The notes under the pieces: generated by a model
The model's database searches: none
Seen by the model: only the letters and a program-made list of their open reading frames with translations
What the model was told of the DNA's origin: nothing
Assembly (NCBI GenBank): GCA_951406725.2
Contig: OX597819.1
Location: 46,252,001 to 46,316,000, forward strand
Direction of reading: 5' to 3'
DNA: 64,000 nucleotides
Origin: Octopus vulgaris
Lineage: Eukaryota
Shown here: positions 28,801-43,677 of the stretch, piece by piece
Layout: each line of letters begins with the position of its first letter
Numbering within the stretch: the first letter of the stretch is position 1
Program-made: the position numbers and the translations under genes

Positions 28801-30584
28801 TATGTATATATATGTATATATATATGTATATATATACAGGGTGAGAAAATGTTTTAAGTAATGATTTACGTAATATAACATAAAAGGCGAATAGGACAAG
28901 GAGATGAAAATGAAGGAGAAAGACCGAGAGGAAAACCAGACAACTGTGACTGATAGTAAAATAAACGAGGAGGTGCGGGAAGAGGTGAGCGGCAAGAAAT
29001 TACTGCGAAGGAGGAAGAAACCGAAAGTGAAAGTTATATTGCGCGAAAGCTGTAATGCGAGAGTTAGGGTTAAGGGAAAATTTAGTCTGTGATAGAGAGA
29101 ATGTGTATGTTTGAGAGGGAGTGAGGTGAGGAGATAAAGAGAAATGAAGGGAAAGATTATGAGAAGTACTCAAAACTAAAGAAGAAATGAAAGTAATATA
29201 GAGAGGGATTTAGTTAGCAATAGAGAGAGAAGGGAGAGAGATGGGGATGCATTTGGAAGAATGTAAGAGACAACTTGAGCTAGGATATAAGAGAGTAAAA
29301 GATTTATCAGGAGTGAGTGAGCGAGAGAGTGAGACTGTAAGAATGAGGTTGAGACGTACCAAGCAAGAACTATGGAAGCGAAGAGATAAAAAGGAGAAAA
29401 AAAGGAGTGAGGTTTTAGAGAGCAATGATGGGAGATGGGGGAAGTCAACGAGCATAAAGGAGAGAATAGCAGCGAGAGAGAAAGTGGCAAGGAGCTAAAG
29501 CAGGCACGAAAAATAGAAAGCTACAGAGATGTAATGTGAGATTGGGAATGTAGGAATGTAGGAGGTAGAGATAGTAAGAGAGAGAGGGAGTGAGAGAGAG
29601 ATGGTATGAGAGAGAGAGAGAGAAAGAAGGAGAGCAAGAATGAAATAATAATTCATATTTCTTTGAAATAATGAAATTTACGTGTTTAGAAAGATAAGTC
29701 TTTTGATGTTTAAACCCCGCTTCTCCGTGATCCTAAAAGCCGCATAAGTATTTATGACTTCCACGGTTCTTTCGGGATCAAACAGGGCGGAAACCTCCCA
29801 TCCACCCATTTTTTTTCTTTAGAAGTATTACATAAACTGAGGTTATTAACTAAAAGCATATTTCACTCCGGAGGTGAGAAGCTTAGCCACGAGTTTTCAT
29901 ATCTCGCATATTAAACAGTGTCGTAAATTTAGAGAAAGCCTCTAAGCCGTACTGTTGCTGCTTTGCTGCTCTTTTTCTTGTTGTTGCTGCTGATGCTGAT
30001 GCTGCTGCTGTTGTTGTTGTTGCTGTTGTTGTTGTTGTTGTTGTTGTTAATGCTGTTTCTGCTGTTGTTGTTGCTGCTGTTATTGATGATTCAAAACTTC
30101 TTGTCTGGAACACATGCCTAACCAATGGGAGGATTTAAGTTTAGCACTCGTCAGTTAAACACTGTCCTCCAACAATGAACAACACTAACTTGAACAGGAG
30201 CCAAAGGTGATGCACCTACATCAGGAACAGGCAACAAGTTTTCGAAAAGCAGGCCGCATGCGACATACACACATCATCATCAGGCGGGACGTACTGCTAA
30301 AAAATTTCAGGTTAGCTCTTCGTTAGGGGTACCCTTCAAAAAGTGTCACCGATCGCATACGAACCACGGCTGCAGGTTACCCCTAACTGATCGGCATAAT
30401 CGCTAACCTGCTTGAAATAGCTGTCTGACCAACCTAAAATTTCATTCTATCATCTTAACAAAGAGAAGAGCGCAATTAAGTTAAGTAAGATGATTTAGTT
30501 CTAAAACACATAAAGGGCGATAACTGCACCAACAATTGTTTCGATCATAGATTTAGTAAATCAGGTTTACTAATACTCCAGTTA

Positions 30585-30870
30585 TCAAATGTTTGTTCCA
30601 GTTAATCTGATCAACGGAACAGCCGGCTCGTGAAATTAACGTGCAAGTGGCTGAGCACTCCATAGACACGTGTACTCTTAACGTAGTTCACAGGGAAATT
30701 CAGTCCCATACGGAATGTGACAAGACTGGCCCTTTAAATTACAGGTACAACTCATTTTTTTTTTCAGCTAAGTGAACAGAAGCAACGTGAAATAAAGTGT
30801 CTTGCTCCAGGACACAACGTACCACCAGGTATCGAACTCACAGCCTTATGGCCGTAAGTTCCGCGCCTTG
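30585..30870 (-). mobile_element. SINE family D copy
   Basis: Reverse complement of 56645-56960. Confidence 0.85.
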
Positions 30871-31397
30871 AAATAGATCAGGTTTAACCTAGGTCTAAAT
30901 ATAACAATCACAATGATATCAACAATAACTCCAACTACACTTACCTCCACGGTAATAATGTTACTCCTAAGAACCGTTTCACATAGATTAGTTAGAGAAT
31001 AAAGGACAGTCTACTATGGTATTGATTCAAGGTATTCCAGCATCGGTATGGTAAAACAGATGGAAGGAATCACGTATTCAATGTGACCCTCAGAGTGGAA
31101 GCCGGAGATTTGCTCCAAAGAGACTGCCAATGAAAGTACCCAAACATCACGTGCTGGTGTTAAATTATGAAAAGTAGTGTGTCACACCTAAGAATAGATG
31201 GCGCCATTTGTTTCAGAAATTTATCTACAAAAGTCATGAATGGCTGAGTAGTGTAAACGACTCCTATGTTATCCGCAGAATGGTATTGTTACGTAACGAT
31301 CATTTTATGAGAGATTATACATAGGTACCATGAATCCAAGGAGCAGCTGGTGGTGTTAATCCGAGTGGAGTAGCGTGTTACTTATCAAAAGATGGAA

Positions 31398-31570
31398 GTG
31401 ACGCAGTGGGACTGAACCCAGAACCATGTGGTTGGTAAGCAAGCTACTTACGACACAGCCACTCCTGCGCCTATGCTCAAATGTTGTTCTGATACATAAC
31501 GTGCTGTTAGCAATCGAACTTGCGACCTTACGATCCTAAGCCGAATGCTTTAACCACTTAGCCACGCCTT
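31398..31570 (-). mobile_element. SINE head fragments (family B 31398-31475; family D 31505-31570)
   Basis: gcagtgggactgaacccagaaccatgtggttgg...; atcgaacttgcgaccttacgatc...taaccacttagccacgcc. Confidence 0.8.
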
Positions 31571-32647
31571 ATGATATATCGTATGAGGTAAAAGGTATAC
31601 AACTCATAGTGTCTAAATATCATATACCGCATGATATATACTATATTGTATATGATATGTGATCTATGATATATGGTATATGGTGTGCCACACAAAGAAT
31701 TATAAATGGTTTATTATATATGGTAACTGACATATACAATAAATGTGGGTGTATAGAAGAATGCTATAAATCCCTTCCAAGCACCGTCGGACAAATGAAT
31801 GGGTGTTACTTGAAGTAGGTGAATGACAACAACTCTTGAAGACTGTGAACAAAAAGCAAAAAAAAAAAACTCATCTGTTATATCGATATTTGAAAAAGTA
31901 GAGATTTGAAAAGCTTACAGAATGAAGACCTACAAAGAAAAGCAGAAAATAGTAGATCAAGAGGGCAATCAAAGAAAGCAGTGGTGGAACAATATCACGA
32001 GCTGGTTGGACAAGCGTGGCAAGGTAGCTCAAGAATTCGCCCATTAGCCTGCACGCTTCTATTGAGAAGGATAGATGTCCATCATTTGTCTCATGTCAAC
32101 CACAACCCATTTTCTTTTGGTCTCAGTCACCATGCCAATTTCTTGCTTGTTGGACAACAGTGGCAAGGTAGCTCGAGAAATCGCAATTAATCGGGAAGAT
32201 TTTCATCGTTAAATAAATCAATGCGCTGCAGGCATACGATAAATGGTGACGACGAACTGGCATAGGATACGGGGAAAGATTTCAAAGATGCTTTGCCTCA
32301 AGTAGAAACTGAAAAAGCTGCTTAAAGATGTCGTAAGCTTTTATCTCCTAACGCTGAAGAATACAATCGCATTGCTAGAAACATTTAGGCATCTTCGCCC
32401 ATCAGCCTGCACGCTTCTTCTGAGAGAGATAGGAGCTTTCCATCATTGGTATCTTGTCAATAACAACTAATCTTGGTCTGGTCTCAGCCCTCATGGCTAT
32501 TTCTTTAGGAACTTTCTTCAGTTGTTTCTGTTCCAAAGGTTTTCACGCAACAACAAGCTTGCAATTTGCTGTTTCCATATAAGAAGGACGGTTCTTGGTG
32601 ATGTTCAAATTATTTGACAGTTGTTTAGTAATCTACGCTAATTAATA

Positions 32648-33060
32648 GGCGTAGGAGTGTCTGTGTGGTAAGTGACTTGCCTCCCAACCACATGGTTCCG
32701 GGTTCATTCCCCCTGCGTGGCACCTTGGGCGAGTGTCTTCTACTATAGCATCGGGCCGACCAAAGCCTTGTGAGGGGATTTGGTAGACGGAAACTGAAAC
32801 AAGCCCCTCGTATATATGTAAATATATATCCGTACGTGTGTGTATATATTTGTGTGTCTGTATTTGTACCCCAACATCGCTTGACAACCAATGCTGGTGT
32901 GTTTGTATCCCCGTAACTTAGCGGTTCGGCAAAAGAGACCCATATGATAAGTACTAGGCTTACAAAGAATAAGTCCTGGGGTCGATTTGCTCGACTAAAG
33001 GAGTTGCTCCAGCATGGCCGCAGTCAAATAACTGAAACAGGTAAAAGAGTAAAAGAGTAA
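32648..33060 (+). mobile_element. SINE family B, full length with internal microsatellite
   Basis: tRNA-like head, caccttgggcgagtgtctt core, (TA/TG) spacer, tail ending aaaagagt repeats. Confidence 0.9.
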
Positions 33061-33143
33061 TTAAATAAGCGACTTTACACCATCCGTCATTGATATAAAT
33101 AAATATTCATACATACACAGACGCACACCACACACACACGCAC

Positions 33144-33208
<65 letters not shown>

Positions 33209-33415
33209 TGAATATAATCGGGCGGTAATATAACAAACGGATTAGACTCCATGCACATGATTTAGTTCCCTTAACTTATATACGTATGTGTTTGTGTGTA
33301 TGTTTGTGCGCGCCCACGCATACGTGTGTGTGTGTTTGTGTGAGTGCTTGAGCCTTCGTGCTTGTCCCAGATTGTCATTATGTTACATATACATATGTAA
33401 ATACACACTCACACA

Positions 33416-33504
<89 letters not shown>

Positions 33505-33506
<2 letters not shown>

Positions 33507-33795
33507 TTAAAATGAGGGTGAGAAATTGGATATCAATGTAATTAACATCAATTTAACACCAGTGGTCTATCATATTAAAATTCTGAAGGTTCAGTAAATT
33601 GTATTATATACATATGGGAGGGATGACCACCATGTGGACAACCCTTATGCTAGAAGTAGATCCGCTATGGTCTAACCACTAAGAAATATTCTGAAGAAAA
33701 TTTTTTCTTCAGAACATTTTTTAGTGGTTAGACCATAGCGGATCTACTTCTAGCATAAGGGTTGTCTACATGGTGGTCATCCCTCTCATATGTAT
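33505..33795. mobile_element. Palindromic Penelope-pLTR/retrozyme-family terminus in (TA)n
   Basis: ~95-bp arms (33606-33700 and 33703-33795) with a few mismatches; left part homologous to 35538-35735. Confidence 0.8.
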
Positions 33796-34093
33796 GTATA
33801 TATATATATGTATATATATATACACACGTTTAACCCTTTCAAATACAGGTTCTACTCACACAATCATAGTCACAAACATACACATGCGTATCTAAAATTA
33901 TCAGCTATTTTGTAAGTTATGTAATTCCATTGGTATGTGAATATTTTCCAGCTGCATTTAATTACAACTTTCCGCTATTCAGTACATGAATTAATCATTA
34001 ATCCTGTTGACACATAATCAACTTTACTGTGACTATTGCTTGACGTTTAAACCTAGAAAGTAGATAATCTACATTTCGTTTCCTCTTAAATTA

Positions 34094-34659
34094 TTTGGTT
34101 GTCTGGAAAGTTCGTGCCGATTTTTAACGGAAAGAAAAAGGTCAATAAATACTTGCCATTACATTTTTAATCAACCAAATATGAACCATTTTGTTGCACA
34201 ATGCGTCTCCATCTTTCCTTTAACTTGAAAATACCCTCTTCCCAGAATCGAGGTGGTTTCATGGCAAATAATTCATCAAGGTATCTTTTTACGTCATCCA
34301 AGGAATTGAAAATTTTACCATTAAGCCTATTCTGCAGAGACCTGAATAAGTGGAAATCTGAAGGAGCAATATCTGGTGAATATGGAGGGTGGGGTAACTC
34401 ATCCCAGCCGAGCTGCAGCAATTTTTGTCTGGTTCCCAAAGCATCAAGTGCCGAAAATGATCTTTCTTATCTTCCATTTTAAAGGGTTACAGAATTAACA
34501 CAGGTTATAGGAACATAAACCTTCTTCCACGAAAAGATAGCTTAAACTGTGCTCTAAATGGAGGTGTAGTCAAATGCTATTTTATGGACTCAACCATGTT
34601 CTGAAATAAGTCGAAATGTAAGCCGCTATAAATCGGCACGAACTTTCCGGACAACCCAA
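34094..34659 (-). mobile_element. Internally deleted mariner (Tc1/mariner) element
   Basis: ~30-bp TIRs (tttggttgtctggaaagttcgtgccgattt and aaatcggcacgaactttccggacaacccaa) with TA on both sides (34092-93, 34660-61). Confidence 0.95.
34167..34477 (-). pseudogene. Mariner transposase remnant: N-terminal residues joined to the C-terminal domain
   Basis: MEDKKDHFRHLMLW start joined out of frame to LGWDELPHPPYSPDIAPSDFHLFRSLQN (mariner YSPDxAPxD motif). Confidence 0.92.
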
Positions 34660-35279
34660 TACTGTCGCACTTTGTATTCGTCGCATTCTCTATCAGTGGT
34701 GTTTGTCATAAGCTGTGTGGTGAAATGCGTGATTATTTTCGGCTATGTTTTATTGTTACGAATTCCTGTGCTTTACAGTAGTGTAGTTTAACGTGATAGC
34801 TTCTGTTCCAGCAGAAATTAGCCTTGAAGCAAGTTATATCTATAAGATACACTAGGAAGGAATCTACCTAATCCTGGAATTTGTAGTAATGCACTAGCGC
34901 ATCATGGGAGTATCTAAATAGTCGATTCACCTGCTAGAAATTGCAAGGAAATTTAGCTCAAACTATATATTATAATGTTATGAAAAGAAATAGTGAGAGC
35001 ACATTAGATAATGTAGTCGTAAAGACCAGATGGACATAATTGAAATTACGCTCAACGTAGAGTTCTGTTCGACTGGTGTTGACCTCGGACAAAACAACTC
35101 CACCAACAGCGATAACAATGATAAAATAACAAAACAAAATGATTTTCGGCTAAAAATATTAAATTGTTTTCATTAATGCTATTCTTCTTATACAATATTT
35201 ATCAATCGCAGCCAAGATGAGAACAAAGAACAAACACACACACACACATATATACAGAGAGAGAGATTGATATATATAT

Positions 35280-35314
<35 letters not shown>

Positions 35315-35363
35315 AATGTATATAGATATATATAAATGTATAAATATATATATATTTATATAA

Positions 35364-35404
<41 letters not shown>

Positions 35405-35469
35405 TATATATGTATATAAATGTATATATATATATATATACATACATATATACATACATATATATATTT

Positions 35470-35506
<37 letters not shown>

Positions 35507-36221
35507 CATACATATATATATATATTTATAATTAATTAATAAGGGTGAGAGAATTAGATACTAATTTAATAGTATATTTATTCCACACCAAGTGGCCTAG
35601 TGCTACGAGAAACCTGGATTATTATAATATTTTATAACATATTATAATATTTTTACAAAATAAATATAAGAGAGTGGTCACTATATTGATCACCCTAGCA
35701 CCAGTTAATCCAAAAGGTTTCAACCACGAAAAATACATGTTTAATTCATTAATAGCGAAACAATTGTCCCAAAATAATCTGTATTTTTGTTATTTTTTAT
35801 TTGCCCTGTCCGTGTGAGCTAACAGTCGTACTGGCTTTCATGGGAAACATGTATTTTTCGTGGTTGAAACCTTTTGGATTAACTGGTGCTAGGGTGATCA
35901 ATATAGTGACCACTCTCTTATATTTATTTTGTGAAAATATTATAATATGTTATAAAATATTATAATAATCCAGGTTTCTCGTAGCACTAGGCCACTTGGT
36001 GTGGAATAAATATACTATTAAATTAGTATCTAATTCTCTCACCCTTATTAATTAATTATAATTATGCTGCATTTATTTCTAAATGCTGTATTTGTTTTCC
36101 GTGAGAGTTTGGCGCGCTGTTGGTTGGGGCATTTGAATTATAACGTCCGATGTAATCAATTGAACCGCACGCGTATTTATCGTTATGGTAAAATCTGGCG
36201 TGTGATTGAGTGGATTTCATC

Positions 36222-36315
36222 CAGATAGTCTTGGCTGAAGAGCTACAAATGGATTATTGTAAGTAATATTACATTTAATTCATTAATAGCGAAACAATTG
36301 TCCCAAAATAATCTG
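36222..36315 (+). ncRNA. Type I minimal hammerhead ribozyme, copy 1
   Basis: Stem I cagatagtcttgg/ccaaaataatctg, CTGAAGA at 36235, stem II gcta/tagc with long extension, GAAAC-AATT-GTC; predicted cleavage after 36302. Confidence 0.88.
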
Positions 36316-36759
36316 TATTTTTGTTATTTTTTATTTGCCCTGTCCGTGTGAGCTAACAGTCGTACTGGCTTTCATGGGAAACATGTATTTTTCGTGGTTG
36401 AAACCTTTTGGATTAACTGGTGCTAGGGTGATCAATATAGTGACCACTCTCTTATATTTATATATTTTGTGAAAATATTATAATATGTTATAAAATATTA
36501 TAATAATCCAGGTTTCTCGTAGCACTAGGCCACTTGGTGTGGAATAAATATACTATTAAATTAGTATCTAATTCTCTCACCCTTATTAATTAATTATAAT
36601 TATGCTGCATTTATTTCTAAATGCTGTATTTGTTTTCCGTGAGAGTTTGGCGCGCTGTTGGTTGGGGCATTTGAATTATAACGTCCGATGTAATCAATTG
36701 AACCGCACGCGTATTTATCGTTATGGTAAAATCTGGCGTGTGATTGAGTGGATTTCATC

Positions 36760-36853
36760 CAGATAGTCTTGGCTGAAGAGCTACAAATGGATTATTGTAA
36801 GTAATATTACATTTAATTCATTAATAGCGAAACAATTGTCCCAAAATAATCTG
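36760..36853 (+). ncRNA. Type I minimal hammerhead ribozyme, copy 2
   Basis: Identical to copy 1; predicted cleavage after 36840. Confidence 0.88.
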
Positions 36854-37293
36854 TATTTTTGTTATTTTTTATTTGCCCTGTCCGTGTGAGCTAACAGTCG
36901 TACTGGCTTTCATGGGAAACATGTATTTTTCGTGGTTGAAACCTTTTGGATTAACTGGTGCTAGGGTGATCAATATAGTGACCACTCTCTTATATTTATT
37001 TTGTGAAAATATTATAATATGTTATAAAATATTATAATAATCCAGGTTTCTCGTAGCACTAGGCCACTTGGTGTGGAATAAATATACTATTAAATTAGTA
37101 TCTAATTCTCTCACCCTTATTAATTAATTATAATTATGCTGCATTTATTTCTAAATGCTGTATTTGTTTTCCGTGAGAGTTTGGCGCGCTGTTGGTTGGG
37201 GCATTTGAATTATAACGTCCGATGTAATCAATTGAACCGCACGCGTATTTATCGTTATGGTAAAATCTGGCGTGTGATTGAGTGGATTTCATC

Positions 37294-37387
37294 CAGATAG
37301 TCTTGGCTGAAGAGCTACAAATGGATTATTGTAAGTAATATTACATTTAATTCATTAATAGCGAAACAATTGTCCCAAAATAATCTG
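37294..37387 (+). ncRNA. Type I minimal hammerhead ribozyme, copy 3
   Basis: Identical to copy 1; predicted cleavage after 37374. Confidence 0.88.
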
Positions 37388-37584
37388 TATTTTTGTTATT
37401 TTTTATTTGCCCTGTCCGTGTGAGCTAACAGTCGTACTGGCTTTCATGGGAAACATGTATTTTTCGTGGTTGAAACCTTTTGGATTAACTGGTGCTAGGG
37501 TGATCAATATAGTGACCACTCTCTTATATTTATTATATTATATATATATTTATATATATTTATATATATATATATATATAAATG

Positions 37585-37699
<115 letters not shown>

Positions 37700-38074
37700 A
37701 TGCAAACATATGTATATACATATATATATGTATATTTGTGAGGGAGGGCTTATATATATATGTAAGTATGTAAGTATGTATGTATGTACGTATGTATATG
37801 AAAACAGCCAATAGGAGAAAAAAATTATTCTTTGTATGAATGAGCATTCGAATGGCGTGGTCACGTGACCTTGAAGCAACGCTACAAATGAACAGGAATC
37901 AAGAGTTACTCCCATGCTCCCAGTGCACAACAAAGGACACTGATAAGGATATACGAGAAATTAAAAATAAAATATCGTAAAACAGAATGCAGTTGTGTTT
38001 TCAATGGAACACGCGCACAGGGGCAACCATTATATTATGCATTCATTGCTCGTGCAACGGTCAAATACACTCAC

Positions 38075-38088
38075 AATCATACATGTAC

Positions 38089-38123
<35 letters not shown>

Positions 38124-38218
38124 GACACGCGTATATGTGTGTTTGTTTCTGAGCATATGAGTGTGCGCGCGCTCGTGTATGTATGCATATATGTATATAG
38201 CTATACATCTATATACAT

Positions 38219-38263
<45 letters not shown>

Positions 38264-38357
38264 TGTATGTATGTATTTTTACATATGTACACACGTGTGT
38301 CACTTTTATAGCAAACATACACATATATACGATTATTTAGATATATATACATACATA

Positions 38358-38388
<31 letters not shown>

Positions 38389-39329
38389 GCATGTATATAT
38401 ACACATGTATGGATATATATATATATGTGTGTGTATATGTGCATGCACATACATGTGCACAAATATACATATGCACATACGCGTGCACATACATATACAC
38501 ACACAGATACATACATGCACACACATACACGCACACATATACACTCAGATACACACGCAGAGACATACATACGTCTATATTGTATCGACTATCATGTAAA
38601 TATTCATGTACATGTGTATGTGTGCATAAATATTCGTGTCCAGATGTACACACATGTATGTATGCATGCATGAGTTTATGCACAACGTGCCCATTTAAGC
38701 ATATCTTTAAAACAGAACCCTCTTTTCAGCCATAATAGTTGGACCTATGCAAATATTAATCCGCTCGATCTGTAAAAGATAAGAAATACTGAAATGAAAG
38801 CGAAAATCTCAATGAATGACATTTCAATATTATCAGCACAGAGCATTACTGACGTTTTGATAGCATTTTAGCTAAATAACACAGCGTGCGAGTAGCCTTG
38901 CACATTTCGTCAGCTTATCCATCGGTATATCCGTCCGTTCGCTTGTGTACGGATATTTACACACACACACACACATATAACATTATTTGCTTTGGGGTTT
39001 GTTCCCACACATGTACATACTCGTGTACATATACGTATAAATATATGTATATATGCATAAATATGCATCTAAACACATAACGATATACGTGTGTATATAT
39101 ATACACATATGTATAGTGTTTATGTATATATAGAATGTATACAATATAATGTGCATATGTATACATATATCTACATATGTAGATTACTAATATATGCATA
39201 CACACACATACACTCACACACACACATTTTTACATATATAATTATTATTACATATTATGATATATATCATTTTGTGTGTACGCGTATTTATGTATGGATA
39301 TAGCCCTGTCTCTCTCTCTCTCTTTCTCT

Positions 39330-39388
<59 letters not shown>

Positions 39389-39440
39389 TATACATATGTA
39401 TATGTGTATGCATTTGTGTATAATGTATGTCTATACAAAT
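38075..39440. repeat. Degenerate (TA/CA/TG) microsatellite mosaic
   Basis: Directly visible. Confidence 0.9.
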
Positions 39441-40008
39441 ATATTGATATAAGAAGATGGATTGGACATCATTTTGTTATATTCTCTACAATTGTTTCAA
39501 CACATCGTTTATTACCAGCGACACATTGATAAATGTTACATATAGTATAAACAACATTGCATTAATTAATATAACTCAGCAATAGTAGCAGATTCATTTC
39601 TTCGGGTGAGTAGTTTAAAAATGTTTTTCATAAGATATGTAACATTCAGCAGTAAACAAATGATAAAACAATTATTAAAGTATTAAACGAATGATAAAAC
39701 AATTATTAAAGTATTAAAACAATTGCAGAGGTATGTAAAATAGAAACCTGTTCAAACCCATCTTTTCTCATTAATATTTTGTATGTAATATAAGGATATT
39801 TGAGGATTTCCACAAGTATATCCAGTGACAACATATGTTACACCGTATGATAGCATTTGATAGCCGATATCGGTTGAAGAGCTCTGGAAAGCACGCTATA
39901 AGAATTTTTTTATACTCAGGTTATATTAAAATAATGTGTATATGTGCGTGCGCGTGTATGTATGTATGTATGTATGTATGCATGTATATATGTATTATGT
40001 ATGTACAC

Positions 40009-40345
40009 AGGCGTAGGCGTGGCTGTGTACTTAGAAATTTACTTCCCAATGACAATGCTCTGGGGTCTGTCCCACTGCATGGTATCTTTGAAAAGTGTCT
40101 TATTTTTATAGCACCGAGCGGACCAATGTCATGTGAGTGCCTTTGCTGAAGGAAACTGAAAAAAGCTTGTTGCGTGTGAGTGTGTGTTTGGGGTGTCTGT
40201 CTGTATATCTGTGTCTCTGTGTGTGTACGTATGTGTGTGTGTGTCTGGCTTTAAAAAATAACAGGCCTTGGTACCGATCTGTTCATCAAAACACTTCAAG
40301 GTATGGCTGTTGTCCAATGACAGAAACAAATAAAAGCCAAGACTG
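40009..40345 (+). mobile_element. Diverged SINE family B copy
   Basis: ggcgtaggcgtggctgtgt head, ggaaactgaaaaaagc, tail tccaatgacagaaacaaataaaag. Confidence 0.75.
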
Positions 40346-40599
40346 AATGCTAAATCAACGTGTTTCTCAACACACGTTCTCTTCTGAAGCGTTTACCAAT
40401 TCTATTGACAAACCAGCTTGTCACAAAACTTTTGGTACCATTGCTGTTACAGATATCGTCATTGACATTGTTCTCGTGGTGGTTGCTGCTGCTGCTGTTG
40501 ATGAAAATGATATCCACATTGATAAATTATATTTGCTGATGAGAAGAATAACGTATTACTCAGCAGCTTTACCTATGTGTTAAAATCATATATGCGGTG

Positions 40600-42890
<2,291 letters not shown>

Positions 42891-43094
42891 TATTTCAACG
42901 ATGATTACTCAGTCGCTTGAAATGTCTACTCTTGAAGTGTGTGTGTGACAGATATTTGATTAAGCATTATTATGCGCTCAAACACCTTCTTTCTAATCTT
43001 ATACACAAAATCAGCGTTCAGCTCAAATTGTCGCCATGAACTAAATTTCATGCTTATGAAATACAAGGCAAAACCTGGAAGTAAAAGTCTGGTA

Positions 43095-43285
43095 AAATCT
43101 TTAGCTGGTCGGGGAAAAAATACTGATTGCTATTGCACTTAATATTTTGAATTCAAGTTCCACCTAGATTGATTTTGCCTTTCATCCCCTCGGGGATTGA
43201 TAAAATAAGTACCAGTTGAGTAATGGGGTCGATGTAAATGACTAACCCCACTCTAGAATTACAGTCTTTGTGCCGAAATTCGAAT
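43095..43285 (+). mobile_element. SINE family A copy with (ATT)n tail
   Basis: tttgcctttcatcccctcgggg...aagtaccagttgag...ggggtcgatgtaa. Confidence 0.8.
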
Positions 43286-43296
43286 TATTATTATTA

Positions 43297-43365
<69 letters not shown>

Positions 43366-43368
<3 letters not shown>

Positions 43369-43626
43369 GTTTGACTTTTGCTTTGTATTTGCATAAGTTG
43401 ACTCCAAAGAGATCTCAAGAGACAAGGCAGAAGTTCAAGCTGGTGTTATGCCTAGGGTGTCATATATTTGATTTTTCACATAGTATTGTTCTAGAGAATG
43501 TTTAAGAAAACATAAGAAAATTATAAGTATGTTTTAAAATTTGAGATTACATAGACAGTAATTTATGTAGGATATGGGCAGTTCCCAAGAGCACTATCAT
43601 TTGAATTTCTGCCATTTTGGGTTTTC

Positions 43627-43627
<1 letters not shown>
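43366..43627 (-). mobile_element. 3' end of a Dong/R4-like retrotransposon in (TAA)n
   Basis: Minus strand encodes NPKMAEIQMIVLLGTAHILHKLLSM-stop (R4/Dong C-terminal Q...LLGTAHIL) then a 3' UTR; (ATT)n on both sides. Confidence 0.82.

Positions 43628-43677
<50 letters not shown>

Larger units (their letters stand above)
35527..37534 (+). mobile_element. Hammerhead-containing tandem array (retrozyme / Penelope-pLTR-like) with 5' inverted arm
   Basis: About 3.4 near-identical units of 534/538/534 bp from ~35740; 35527-35742 is the reverse complement of 35845-36060; (TA)n on both flanks; no long ORF. Confidence 0.88.

Noticed and set aside
33689-33712. CTGAAGA at the palindrome centre as a hammerhead core
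   Set aside because: No stem II-GAAA partner; it simply pairs with its inverted copy.
39659-39722. 30-bp tandem duplication (similar 16-bp one at 20893-20925)
   Set aside because: Ordinary local slippage.
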